Origin: a virus
Taxonomy: Duplodnaviria; Caudoviricetes
IMG/VR virus record: IMGVR_UViG_3300006116_000001
Coordinates: 193 to 64,192 of that record
Reading direction: 5' to 3' (one strand)
Length of the DNA: 64,000 nt
In this document: positions 17,772 to 26,715 of the stretch, one piece after another
How positions within the stretch are numbered: position 1 is the stretch's first letter
Layout of the letters: every line of letters starts with the position of its first letter
The notes under the pieces: model-generated
Seen by the model: only the letters and a program-made list of their open reading frames with translations
Databases searched by the model: none
Told to the model about the DNA's origin: nothing
Made by a program: the position numbers and the translations under genes

Positions 17772-18208
17772 ACGAGGAGCAGTTTTATCGCAACCACGTG
17801 AGGCCAGTGCTAGAGCGCTTTGGTGAGCATACCCGCATTGAAAACAGCATCTCAGCCGGCGTCTTTGACCTCTCCTACGCTCTTCCAGTTAATGAGGTCT
17901 ATGGTGTCCACGGCTGGCTGGAGCTAAAGGTAGCCCGGGGTGGCAAGATCACCTTCCAGCGCTTTCAACTTCCTTGGGCGCGCTCGCGCGCCCGTATCAC
18001 CAAGGGCCTTGGGCTCTGGGTCCTTGTCACTGACGGTGAGCTTATCTACCTTTATAACATCTTAGACGTCCTTGACGCCCCCAAGACCATAGCCAAGGCC
18101 TCTGACGGGAAGCCGCTAACCGTCGTTGCCTTAGGCTCCATGAAACCCACGATCTACTCCCAACAGCCTTGGCCCTGGGAAAGGATAGTGAGGGTGCTGG
18201 CCTCTTAA
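17768..18208 (+). CDS. PD-(D/E)xK nuclease (VRR-NUC/resolvase-like)
   Basis: ATGA-coupled start; RIEN...GVFDLSY...WLELKV...FQLPW. Confidence 0.7.
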   Translation: MNEEQFYRNHVRPVLERFGEHTRIENSISAGVFDLSYALPVNEVYGVHGWLELKVARGGKITFQRFQLPWARSRARITKGLGLWVLVTDGELIYLYNILDVLDAPKTIAKASDGKPLTVVALGSMKPTIYSQQPWPWERIVRVLAS

Positions 18209-18270
18209 CATAACCTATACACAGGCCTTCCTAAAGGTGATAGGGTGGCCTACCATCAAAGGAGCATTGA

Positions 18271-18864
18271 ATGAATACAAACGCTATAGACCCCGAGCTA
18301 TTAAGGGAGGCCCTTGACGACGCGTCAGAGGCCCCCTCAGACGACAAGCTTAGCCTGGTCGCAAAGCTCGTTAAGCACCAGACCTACCTTGAGGACCGCA
18401 AGGAAGACCTCGAGGAGATGCTAAAGGAGTGCAACCAGGAGCTAGAGGCTGTCCGCACGAGGCAGCTTCCGGACGCCCTCCTAGAGGCCGGCTGTCAGGC
18501 GTTTGAGACAAAGGACGGCCTTAAAGTCAGGCTTGAAAAGGTCTGCTACGTCTCAATCAAAAAGAGTGATGAGCCGGCGGCCTTTGATTGGTTTGCCAGC
18601 AACGGCCATGGCGGTGTCATTGAAACGTCTGTCCTCATCCCCCTTGGAAAGGGTGGCCACGACACCGGAAAGGAGCTTGTTGAGCGCCTAGCTAAGCTAA
18701 ACGACGTCCCTGAGGTTAAGCTCTCAGAGACCATCCACTGGGCCACGCTAAGGGCCCTTGGCAAGGCGTTAATAGCCGAGAACGAGGAGGCCGGGACCCC
18801 CTTGCCCCCTGAGATCATCAAGCTTACCCCGACTAACGTCTCTAAGATCAAGAGACCTACCTGA
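18271..18864 (+). CDS. Conserved phage replication-region protein (coiled-coil N-terminus)
   Basis: 197-aa ORF, AAGGAG RBS; position between nuclease and SSB-like genes. Confidence 0.6.
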   Translation: MNTNAIDPELLREALDDASEAPSDDKLSLVAKLVKHQTYLEDRKEDLEEMLKECNQELEAVRTRQLPDALLEAGCQAFETKDGLKVRLEKVCYVSIKKSDEPAAFDWFASNGHGGVIETSVLIPLGKGGHDTGKELVERLAKLNDVPEVKLSETIHWATLRALGKALIAENEEAGTPLPPEIIKLTPTNVSKIKRPT

Positions 18865-18918
18865 ATTTAAGATCAAGAGACCTGCCTAACCAACCCCACC
18901 TAAAAGGAACCATAAAAC

Positions 18919-19734
18919 ATGTCTAAAAATGCAGTTGCAGTTAAAGAAAGCGCTGAGGTCGTTGAGGCCTCCTTGCCTGCGGGCTATGACCTTGATGAGC
19001 TTCAAAGGGACGCCGCGGCCAACCCTCAGCTAAGCGCCGCCGACATCGCCATCCCCTTCTTGGTCATCCTTCAGACCAACTCGCCTCAGGTCAACCCCGC
19101 CAAGACCCAGTATATCCCTGGCGCCACGGCGGGGATGATCTATAACAGCGTCAGCGGGGAGGTCTACGACGGCCGCACCCAAGGGGTGGTAATCGTCCCT
19201 TGCGCCTATCACAGGGCCTACGTTGAGTGGGTTCACCGCGACAACGGTGGCGGCTGGGTGGCGGAGCACAGCATTGACTCCGACATCTTGTCTAGGACCA
19301 CCCTTGACGAGAAAAAGAAGCCTCGGCTTGAGAACGGCAACGTGATCACCGAGACTGCCTACAACTACGTCTTGTTTCAAAACCCCACGACCGGCGCCTG
19401 GTCCCAGGCCCTTGTCGCCATGTCATCTACCCATCTCAAGGCCAACCGCAAGCTCAACCAGATGATCACGGCCTCAAAGATCCCTGGCACGGACATCCAG
19501 GCACCTCGGTTTTTGTACGCCTACCAGCTGACCTCTACCATCGAGACCAAGGGCGAGAACGCCTTCTTTGTGCCGGAGCTTAAGAAGATCGAGAGCCCCA
19601 TCGAGGTGACCCTCTACCGCCACGCCAAAAAATACGCTGAGGCGGTGAACAGCGGTAAGGTTCAAGTTGGGGCCGCCACCCAGGTCCCTGCCGCCGAGGA
19701 AAGTATCGACCCGGAGACCGGTGAGATCCTTTAG
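18919..19734 (+). CDS. Putative single-stranded DNA-binding/recombination protein
   Basis: 271-aa ORF with acidic C-terminal tail (EESIDPETGEIL) in the replication module; high-expression codon style. Confidence 0.5.
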   Translation: MSKNAVAVKESAEVVEASLPAGYDLDELQRDAAANPQLSAADIAIPFLVILQTNSPQVNPAKTQYIPGATAGMIYNSVSGEVYDGRTQGVVIVPCAYHRAYVEWVHRDNGGGWVAEHSIDSDILSRTTLDEKKKPRLENGNVITETAYNYVLFQNPTTGAWSQALVAMSSTHLKANRKLNQMITASKIPGTDIQAPRFLYAYQLTSTIETKGENAFFVPELKKIESPIEVTLYRHAKKYAEAVNSGKVQVGAATQVPAAEESIDPETGEIL

Positions 19735-19759
19735 CCATAACTAATAATCGATAAAAGCT

Positions 19760-19803
19760 AACGGGTGGTCTTGACACATAGCAAAGTGTAAAGGCCACCC
19801 GTT
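19760..19803. terminator. Long hairpin after the SSB-like gene
   Basis: AACGGGTGGTCTT-GACAC-8nt-GTGTA-AAGGCCACCCGTT followed by TTT. Confidence 0.55.
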
Positions 19804-19843
19804 TTAGTACCGTGGATAGCTACCCTAGCAAGGATTATTCCGA

Positions 19844-21301
19844 GTGGCTGACTTTTCAACCTATCTCTTTAACCTCACCCCCTATAGCTATCAGCTGAGG
19901 ATCCTTGAGGAAACGTCAGATAAGGCCTATTGGGCGTGGCTGCTTGAGATGGGCCTGGGAAAGTCAAGGATCTTAATAGACAACGCGGCCTACCTTTACC
20001 TAAAGGGCGAGATAGACGCCCTTGTCTTTGTGGGGCCTAAGGGGTCCTACGCCAACTTTTATTGGGACCAACTGCCAACCCATCTGCCGCCCTCTGTGCC
20101 CTCACAAGCCTTTCTTTTTTCAACCCTAGTCGTCGCTAAGAGGTCAGGCAAGGACGAGCTGGCGCGTTTTCTCAAGCCGGCCAAGGCCCTTAAGGTCTTT
20201 ATCATTAATGTCGAGGCGTTTATTACCGACTCAGGAAAGGCAGCCTTGACGGCCGTCTTTAAGAGCTTCCCTAAGGTTATATTCGCCCTTGACGAATCAA
20301 CCTGTGTTAAGAACATAGATGCCGCCAGGTCAAAGGCCGTCTATGCCTGGGCAGCCAAGGCCAAGTATAGAAGGATAATGACCGGCTCACCGGTCACCCA
20401 GTCCCCTTTAGACCTTTATGGCCAGTCGTTGGTCCTTGGCAAAGGCATCCTTGGCCATAGCTCGTTTTACTCTTTTAGGGGCGAATACGCCACCCTCGTG
20501 ACCGACTACTTTGGCCAGAGGGCCGTCAAGCGGGTCTCCGGCTATAGAAATCTTGACAAGCTGTCAGAGGTCATAAAGAGCTTCTCAACGCGGCTTACAA
20601 AGGAGGAGTGCCTTGACCTGCCGCCTAAGGTGTACTCCAAGCTTTATGTTGAGATGACGCCAGAGCAGCAGAGGCTCTACGAAAAGATGAGGGACGAAGC
20701 TCTTCTAACGCTAAATAGCGGTGAGGAGGTTGAGGTCACCACGGCCCTCGCTCAGATCGTTAAGCTGCATCAGATCTCCTGCGGGCAGCTTAAGCTAGAC
20801 GACCGCTACGTCTCTATTGAGAACAATAGGGTCCCAGCGCTGCTTACTCTTCTAGAGGGCTATGCAGGCAAGGTGATCATCTGGGCCAACTACAGACAGA
20901 CCTTAGAGGACGTCATTAAGGCCTTGAGGGAGGGCTACGGGGACGAGGCCGTCGTAGGCTACTACGGCGGGGTTAGTGAGGCGGATAGGGCTCTGGCCAT
21001 CAAGGGCTTTCAGGACCCCAAATCCCCAGTTAGGTTTTTTGTGGCAAACCCCCAGAGCGGCGGCTACGGCCTCACGTTAACGGCAGCTCAACTTGTCGTC
21101 TACTACTCTAATGGCTACTCTCTTGAGCAGCGGCTTCAAAGCGAGGACCGTGCTCACCGCATCGGGCAAACAGGCGCGGTAACCTATGTCGACCTAGTCT
21201 CGCGTGGGACCGTTGATGAAAAGATCATCGAGGTCCTAAGAGGCAAGAAAGACCTGGCAAATGAGGTGATGGGGGTTAGAAACTGGGCGGCCTGGCTTTA
21301 G
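19844..21301 (+). CDS. SNF2-family (SF2) helicase/translocase
   Basis: EMGLGKS, ALDES, MTGSP, GGYGLTL, QSEDRAHRIGQ. Confidence 0.92.
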   Translation: MADFSTYLFNLTPYSYQLRILEETSDKAYWAWLLEMGLGKSRILIDNAAYLYLKGEIDALVFVGPKGSYANFYWDQLPTHLPPSVPSQAFLFSTLVVAKRSGKDELARFLKPAKALKVFIINVEAFITDSGKAALTAVFKSFPKVIFALDESTCVKNIDAARSKAVYAWAAKAKYRRIMTGSPVTQSPLDLYGQSLVLGKGILGHSSFYSFRGEYATLVTDYFGQRAVKRVSGYRNLDKLSEVIKSFSTRLTKEECLDLPPKVYSKLYVEMTPEQQRLYEKMRDEALLTLNSGEEVEVTTALAQIVKLHQISCGQLKLDDRYVSIENNRVPALLTLLEGYAGKVIIWANYRQTLEDVIKALREGYGDEAVVGYYGGVSEADRALAIKGFQDPKSPVRFFVANPQSGGYGLTLTAAQLVVYYSNGYSLEQRLQSEDRAHRIGQTGAVTYVDLVSRGTVDEKIIEVLRGKKDLANEVMGVRNWAAWL

Positions 21302-21394
21302 GCTTTTGTCTTAACGCTTTGTCTAACAGTTGCCAAGGCCTTTTGTACGTTAACCTGTGTTAAGGTAATAGTTGTAAAAACTCATTGGAGCATC

Positions 21395-21715
21395 TTGAGC
21401 ATGACATACGCCCCGGGCACCCTCGTCCTGGTCCTAGGCCAGGTCTCAAAAACCCCCGACCCATCAACCGAAAACAGCCCTTACATCATTACTTTCCACC
21501 CCTCCCCGACCGACGTCGCCATCCACCCTGGCGCAATCATCGGCCCCGCAACCCTAATCGAAAAACCCCTGACCCCAGGCGATCGCGTCATCACCCCGAC
21601 ACATCACCCCGCAACCATAATCGCCCTGGCCGGCTCTGACGCCTGGATTCGCACCGACGCCAACTCCCAAACCATTCTCCCAATCGCCAACCTCATCAGG
21701 CAGCCCTCTCAATGA
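21395..21715 (+). CDS. Hypothetical early protein
   Basis: First of an ATGA-coupled chain. Confidence 0.6.
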   Translation: MSMTYAPGTLVLVLGQVSKTPDPSTENSPYIITFHPSPTDVAIHPGAIIGPATLIEKPLTPGDRVITPTHHPATIIALAGSDAWIRTDANSQTILPIANLIRQPSQ

Positions 21716-22032
21716 CCCGCCCCGAAACCCTTACCGCCATCCTCAACAACCTCGCCCATCAACCACGGTCCGAGGCCCTCGTCTCAGTGCTCAACCACTT
21801 CGACGACCCCTCCCTGCAAATTATCCTCGCCAACACAACCCCGTCCCCAACCACCGCCGACCTTCCACCGCCCGACGACCCCGCCCTCAATTTCCTTTAC
21901 CGCTTTCACCTAATTCGCCAAAAATTCGGCGTGAGCTATGAGATCATTCGCGTCGAAACCACCTCACCCTTTGCCCGCGAAGGCTCCTTGATGGAACGCT
22001 TCATTTTCGCTGTTCGCGAGTCCCTCCCATGA
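21712..22032 (+). CDS. Hypothetical early protein
   Basis: ATGA-coupled ORF. Confidence 0.6.
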   Translation: MTRPETLTAILNNLAHQPRSEALVSVLNHFDDPSLQIILANTTPSPTTADLPPPDDPALNFLYRFHLIRQKFGVSYEIIRVETTSPFAREGSLMERFIFAVRESLP

Positions 22033-22295
22033 GCATCTCACCCACCGACCCATCAACCCTCCGCCGCGCCGTCCACGCCGCTTTGACCGACTATTCAGAA
22101 GCTACAACGGACCAAGAGCGCTTAGTTGCCCTTCAGCGCGCCGCCGACCACCAACAACAACTTGCAACCCTGACTGGACCGTCACCTCGCCCTGTTTTCA
22201 TTTGCTATTTTTGCCGTCGCATGGTCCAAGATCCTTGCTTGCTGTCTAGCGACGCCGCCATCTGCCACGAACACGTTGCGCATCGCGCACCATGA
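22029..22295 (+). CDS. Hypothetical early protein with C-terminal Cys motif
   Basis: CYFC...C...C.H; ATGA-coupled. Confidence 0.55.
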   Translation: MSISPTDPSTLRRAVHAALTDYSEATTDQERLVALQRAADHQQQLATLTGPSPRPVFICYFCRRMVQDPCLLSSDAAICHEHVAHRAP

Positions 22296-22489
22296 CCTAC
22301 CGCCGCCTTTTCCTGCGCCCCGACCCATCAACCCCGGACCACGTTCACATTGGCCTAGAGACGCCAACAGGGGCCATCTTCTTCCTCTCCGCACCTTCCC
22401 TACCCCGACCCCGCGCGGAGGCCCTCCTGGCCAAAATTTCGGCCCACAGCACAGTCAACCCCACCCACTGGTCTCAAACTTATGGCTGA
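22292..22489 (+). CDS. Hypothetical early protein
   Basis: ATGA-coupled ORF. Confidence 0.55.
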   Translation: MTYRRLFLRPDPSTPDHVHIGLETPTGAIFFLSAPSLPRPRAEALLAKISAHSTVNPTHWSQTYG

Positions 22490-22922
22490 TCCTTCACCAC
22501 CCTCGACCCTTCACCCGCCTTACCGCCGCCAGCCTTCAGTCATTCAACGCCTAGAGGCGCAAATCGACGCCCTCAAGCGCGAGAACGCTCGCCTCAGAGC
22601 CAGCAACGAGATCCTTCAACAGCGCTCGATCGTCACACACTTCACAGCCCCGCCGCCATTAAAAATGCCGCCGCAGGAAACAATCCTCCTGGCCGCCCTC
22701 CTTAAAGGCGGTCTTAAAAGCAAGAGCCATCTGCTAGACATTCTCGCCGACCACAACCCCACGCCGCCTGGCGTAAAGATCGTCGACGTCTTGGTTTGTC
22801 GCCTGCGCAAACACCTGCGCCCTCACGGCGTCACCATCACAACCGTCTGGTCAAGAGGCTACATGATGACCCCTCAACAACTCGATCAGTTCTACAAAGC
22901 CTTTCCGGACGCAAAACGATGA
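22482..22922 (+). CDS. CtrA-like OmpR/PhoB winged-helix protein lacking a receiver domain
   Basis: KIVDVLVCRLRKHL...ITTVWSRGYMM versus CtrA KIIDVFICKLRKKL...IETVWGRGYVL; N-terminal coiled coil. Confidence 0.8.
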   Translation: MADPSPPSTLHPPYRRQPSVIQRLEAQIDALKRENARLRASNEILQQRSIVTHFTAPPPLKMPPQETILLAALLKGGLKSKSHLLDILADHNPTPPGVKIVDVLVCRLRKHLRPHGVTITTVWSRGYMMTPQQLDQFYKAFPDAKR

Positions 22923-23383
22923 CACCTTGGTCCCCTGAAGAAATTGCCACGCTGCAACGGCTCATCACCAAAGAAGGCAAGTCCTTTGGCGAGTGCGCCA
23001 AGATCCTAAATCGATCACGAAATGCGGTGGCCGGCAAGGCTTACAATTTGCAACTCAAGGCCCCTGACGCTAAACCTATGTTAACAAGGGTTGCAGCTAA
23101 ACCCCGCCTACCATCTAACGCCCGCCACGCCAAGCCCGACGCGCCGCTTTACGTCGCTTCAAGCCTGCCCACGCTCCTCCACAATCCCGACCCGCAGCTC
23201 GCCATCCCAATCATCAACAACGGCCAATGCAAATGGCCGATCGGCGACCCTCAACACCCCACATTCCGCTTCTGCACAAACCAACGCGCCAACGACCACC
23301 AGCCCTACTGCGCAACCCACAACGCTAAAGCCTTCATCAAGCCCAACGTCCCAGCAACCAAACTCAAAACAGGATTTCCCTAA
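22919..23383 (+). CDS. gcrA: GcrA cell-cycle regulator homologue
   Basis: WSPEEIATLQRL...SRNAVAGKAYNL (HTH) and CKWPIGDP...FRFC...PYCATH (Cys-rich domain); ATGA-coupled start at 22919. Confidence 0.9.
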   Translation: MTPWSPEEIATLQRLITKEGKSFGECAKILNRSRNAVAGKAYNLQLKAPDAKPMLTRVAAKPRLPSNARHAKPDAPLYVASSLPTLLHNPDPQLAIPIINNGQCKWPIGDPQHPTFRFCTNQRANDHQPYCATHNAKAFIKPNVPATKLKTGFP

Positions 23384-23607
23384 TGGCTGAACACGCTCTC
23401 CTTGCCACCTGCGGCTTTCTACTCCTGATCGAAGCAGCCTTTATCCTCATCTTTATCAGGATCATCGATCAAAAACACGCCCGCATTCAAAGCCTTAAAG
23501 AGCAGATCGCTTACCTTGAAAACCGCCTGCTCTCCGAACCCTCAACCCTCCCTCACAACATCACCTTCAACCGCCCCAAACCATCAGCCAAGGTCCAAGC
23601 ATCATGA
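23383..23607 (+). CDS. Small membrane protein with coiled coil
   Basis: Hydrophobic N-terminal helix LLATCGFLLLIEAAFILIFI. Confidence 0.6.
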   Translation: MAEHALLATCGFLLLIEAAFILIFIRIIDQKHARIQSLKEQIAYLENRLLSEPSTLPHNITFNRPKPSAKVQAS

Positions 23608-23735
23608 TCCTCAACAAAGGCGACACCATCACCTTCACCGGCACCACCAAACATCCCTGGTGGCTTCGCCTGCTCATCAAATTCAAGATCGTCAAATTCA
23701 AACCAAAACCAGCCAGAACAACCATATGGGAAGTG
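23604..23735 (+). CDS. Small hypothetical protein (43 aa)
   Basis: ATGA-coupled; MILNKGDTITFTG... Confidence 0.4.
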
Positions 23736-23829
23736 ACCCACGTCACCCGTTCCCAATTCGACGAAGGAGAGCTGTAACAACGTTTTATTTTTCTTTTGTG
23801 CGCATAATCTCTCTATCACAGGAGCAACC

Positions 23830-24477
23830 ATGCGCACCGCCCCCGCCTACTCTCCGCCAGTCGCTACGGCCCTTGCCGCGACGTTCATCTCTGTCATAGC
23901 CCTCACCATAGGAGCCGCAACACACATGCCTGCCGTCTCATCCTACGACCCCACGATTGTTGCCGTAGAAGATTGGCAACAGGCCCATCCTCCACGGCCT
24001 CTCACCCAACCCTCTTCCATCCCAAAAATCCCCACCTACGCCCAATACAAGGCCCGCCGCGCCGCGGACCACTTTTTCCTGGCTGCAACTATGTGGGGCG
24101 AGGCCCGCGGTGAGCCAAACCAAACGCAAGCCATGCTGGCCGTGGGCAACACCATCCTCAACCGCCTCAATGCTCCCAATACAGCCCAACGCTCTATCGC
24201 CGGCGTCGTTCTCCGCTCTAAGCAATACAGCTGCTGGAACCCCAAGGACCCTAACCGCCTCCTCTTAACCCGCAGACATCTGGGCTATCTTTCGCCACAA
24301 AGCGCTGACGGTCAGGCCTGGGCCTTGGCCAATGAGTTAGCTGACGGCTTAATTTCAGGAAGGCTTGGCGACACCACCCATGGCGCCACTCACTACCACG
24401 CCACCGCGGTCCACCCCTATTGGGCCACAGCCACTACCCGCCTCTTCCGCCTCGCCCATCAGGTCTTCTATAGGTAG
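23830..24477 (+). CDS. SleB/Hydrolase_2 cell-wall hydrolase with N-terminal membrane/signal segment
   Basis: LAATMWGEARGE, AVGNTILNR, VVLRSKQYSCWN, GATHYHA...PYWA. Confidence 0.88.
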   Translation: MRTAPAYSPPVATALAATFISVIALTIGAATHMPAVSSYDPTIVAVEDWQQAHPPRPLTQPSSIPKIPTYAQYKARRAADHFFLAATMWGEARGEPNQTQAMLAVGNTILNRLNAPNTAQRSIAGVVLRSKQYSCWNPKDPNRLLLTRRHLGYLSPQSADGQAWALANELADGLISGRLGDTTHGATHYHATAVHPYWATATTRLFRLAHQVFYR

Positions 24478-24548
24478 GTCATTTAAGCTCTTAGGGTTTA
24501 CCTTTTTATGCTATAGTATACGATCACTACATCGCATCGAGAGCCATT

Positions 24549-24722
24549 ATGACCGAAAAAGAAAAATATGCTCACCGCTTAAGCCTCGCTCAAGGGCTGG
24601 CTGAGGAGATCATCCGCAACTTAGAGGCGCGGCGCGAGAAGGAAGAGCCACGCGAGGTTGACCTTCGAGCTGTCAACCTCGCCATTGAAAATCTGCGCTT
24701 GGCCTATGGCTGGCTGCGCTGA
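24549..24722 (+). CDS. Hypothetical protein (57 aa)
   Basis: MTEKEKYAHRLSLAQGLAEEII...YGWLR; follows an AT-rich promoter-like gap. Confidence 0.5.
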   Translation: MTEKEKYAHRLSLAQGLAEEIIRNLEARREKEEPREVDLRAVNLAIENLRLAYGWLR

Positions 24723-24735
24723 GGAGGAAGAGCAC

Positions 24736-24984
24736 ATGGCCCATCAACCCTATCCCTTGACGCCCATCCCAATAAGGCGACGCGTCATCAACGCCGATCA
24801 ACAGCTCACAGCCTCCAGCGAGGCCAAGCAGCTGGTCGCGTCGATCTCAGCCAACGCCCGCCGGCTGGAGACCATCCACAATGGCTCTTTCACCACGGAG
24901 GCAAAGCTGGCCGAGGCTGAACGCTTGGCAGCGTTTATGATGGCTGACCTTTCAGCCTTCAGGAGGCTTCAACGCTATGCCTAG
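24736..24984 (+). CDS. Hypothetical protein
   Basis: GAGGAGG RBS before the ATG at 24736. Confidence 0.6.
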   Translation: MAHQPYPLTPIPIRRRVINADQQLTASSEAKQLVASISANARRLETIHNGSFTTEAKLAEAERLAAFMMADLSAFRRLQRYA

Positions 24985-25279
24985 CGAGAGGGAGATTGAG
25001 GAGGCGGTAGAAGCGTATTGGGATTATTACCATAACGGTGCGTATAACCCCGTAGCCCTTATAAAGGTCGCCCTCCAAGCCGCCGAGCGTGTGCGTGAGG
25101 ACGAAAAGCGCGAAATTAATGCTCCAAAGCCACTCAATTCACCCCCACCCATCAAAACCGTCGACGACTTAAAGTCCGTCATCCGCGCATGGCTTGACGC
25201 TGACGACCCGACGCACTGGGGCGCGTTTGAGCGGGGGCTGAATGGTCTAATTAATCCGACTGAGGAGCAAGACACATGA
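24977..25279 (+). CDS. Hypothetical protein (member of modular array)
   Basis: EREIEEAVEAYW...ALQAA module shared with 27268. Confidence 0.6.
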   Translation: MPSEREIEEAVEAYWDYYHNGAYNPVALIKVALQAAERVREDEKREINAPKPLNSPPPIKTVDDLKSVIRAWLDADDPTHWGAFERGLNGLINPTEEQDT

Positions 25280-25953
25280 CCAAAGAAACATACAACATTC
25301 TGAACTGTTTTACTGGAGGCGTTCAGTTCACCGCTGAGATTGATTGCGATCCAGCATCGCCGCCGCCGATCAAACTCGGTTTGGCGGTCCGTTTTGCGGT
25401 AGCAAAACGCGCGGACCTCATTGACGCGGACCTCATTGGCGCGGACCTCATTGGCGCGGACCTCAGGGGCGCGTCCCTCAGTTGCGCGTGCCTCAAGGGT
25501 GCGCGCCTCAGTTGCGCGTGCCTCAGGGGCGCGTGCCTCAGGGGCGCGTGCCTCAGGGGCGCGGACCTCATTGGCGCGGACCTCAGGGGCGCGGACCTTA
25601 TTGGCGCGGACCTCAGGGGCGCGTCCCTCATTGGCGACAAAATCACACGCATTGTCGCCCGCGCAACACGTTCAGACGACTATGAATTTATAGCGTTTGA
25701 ACTTGAAGCCGGCGGCGTCAAAATATTGGCGGGTTGCCGTTGGTTCACGCTTCCTGAGTTTCGCGATCACGTCGGCACTTACGACGAGTTAAACGACGAC
25801 TACGAGGGCAAAACCGACGAGACGACCGCCATCCTTGATTTTATTGAGGTTCGGGCTCGGCAATTAGGCGTTGCGCTTGAGGCTCCCGTTTTGGAGGCCG
25901 TTTTAACCCACGCCCCATCCGCGTCTGTAGTGAGGGAGGGAGAAGATGAGTGA
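25276..25953 (+). CDS. Pentapeptide-repeat protein
   Basis: About 14 A(D/C/S/R)L(I/R/S/K)(G/C/D) units encoded by near-identical 15-bp repeats (about 25410-25635); C-terminal AGCRWFT domain. Confidence 0.9.
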   Translation: MTKETYNILNCFTGGVQFTAEIDCDPASPPPIKLGLAVRFAVAKRADLIDADLIGADLIGADLRGASLSCACLKGARLSCACLRGACLRGACLRGADLIGADLRGADLIGADLRGASLIGDKITRIVARATRSDDYEFIAFELEAGGVKILAGCRWFTLPEFRDHVGTYDELNDDYEGKTDETTAILDFIEVRARQLGVALEAPVLEAVLTHAPSASVVREGEDE

Positions 25954-26215
25954 ATCCGGCGGCGTATTGATCAAAAATACCCAAGAAGAGGCCGCTTTCA
26001 ACGCAGGCAAGGAAGCTGGGAGGAAAGAGGAAAAAGCTGGAACTGAGTCGCTGCGAACCGACGCATACATCATGGCAAACTATTTGGCCGATTATCAAAC
26101 GGACGAGGCCGAAGATCGGCGGTGTTGCGTGAGCGATCTTCATCATCAACACGCCAAGCGCGCGCTCGAAACTGCTTACCGCCATTTGAAAGAAAGTGCC
26201 AATGACCAACCCTAA
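25946..26215 (+). CDS. Hypothetical protein (modular array)
   Basis: FNAGKEAGRK module shared with 26891. Confidence 0.6.
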   Translation: MSESGGVLIKNTQEEAAFNAGKEAGRKEEKAGTESLRTDAYIMANYLADYQTDEAEDRRCCVSDLHHQHAKRALETAYRHLKESANDQP

Positions 26216-26405
26216 CTGGCCCACGGATGAACTCGTCCACGACGTCGGATCGTTTCTTGAGCTTCACAATTGGTCTCCGACGTCAAGCGATAGCGTTAGG
26301 GTTCTGCGCGCTGCCCTAGAAGCCGCTTTACAAACACCGCCCAAATCTACACCCACGGTTGATTTTGAGCGCGGAAGTCAAATTGAGGAGGCCGAAGATG
26401 ACTGA
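26202..26405 (+). CDS. Hypothetical protein (modular array)
   Basis: WPTDE N-module; ALEAALQTP. Confidence 0.6.
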   Translation: MTNPNWPTDELVHDVGSFLELHNWSPTSSDSVRVLRAALEAALQTPPKSTPTVDFERGSQIEEAEDD

Positions 26406-26715
26406 GACCGCATGGCCCACGGATGAGGATGTGGAGAGGGTTTGCGAAGCCCTTAACGATGGCGTTCAGGTAAGAATTCCTCGCCGCAGAGTTGCGCGCG
26501 CCCTCCTCGCCGCCCAAACCCCCAATACGCAAAACCGCATATCCGAAGAACATGCGGAAAAGCGTATGGGCGGGGCGCCTGACGGCTCGGTTTCTGAAGG
26601 TCAACGCCTGCCTACAACGCTTGCTGAGCTTGATGATTGGCTCGCCGAGGCGCACAGCGACGGATACCTTGAAGGCCAGAACGACGCGTCTGTAGTGAGG
26701 GAGGGAGGGGAGTGA
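26398..26715 (+). CDS. Hypothetical protein (modular array)
   Basis: GAGGAGG RBS; WPTDE, ALLAAQ and ASVVREG modules. Confidence 0.6.
   Translation: MTETAWPTDEDVERVCEALNDGVQVRIPRRRVARALLAAQTPNTQNRISEEHAEKRMGGAPDGSVSEGQRLPTTLAELDDWLAEAHSDGYLEGQNDASVVREGGE

Noticed and set aside
19771-19800. Sigma70 promoter from the TTGACA at 19771
   Set aside because: No -10 hexamer at 16-18 bp spacing; the hexamer lies within a hairpin stem
3108-21363. CtrA boxes (TTAA-N7-TTAA)
   Set aside because: Only near matches seen by eye (3108 TTAA-N7-CTAA, 17480 TTAA-N7-TTAC, 21350 TTAA-N6-TTAA); a PWM scan is needed before claiming sites
25410-25635. Possible diversity-generating retroelement (variable repeats)
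   Set aside because: No reverse transcriptase in the near-complete genome; variation is not adenine-specific; no separate TR/VR pair
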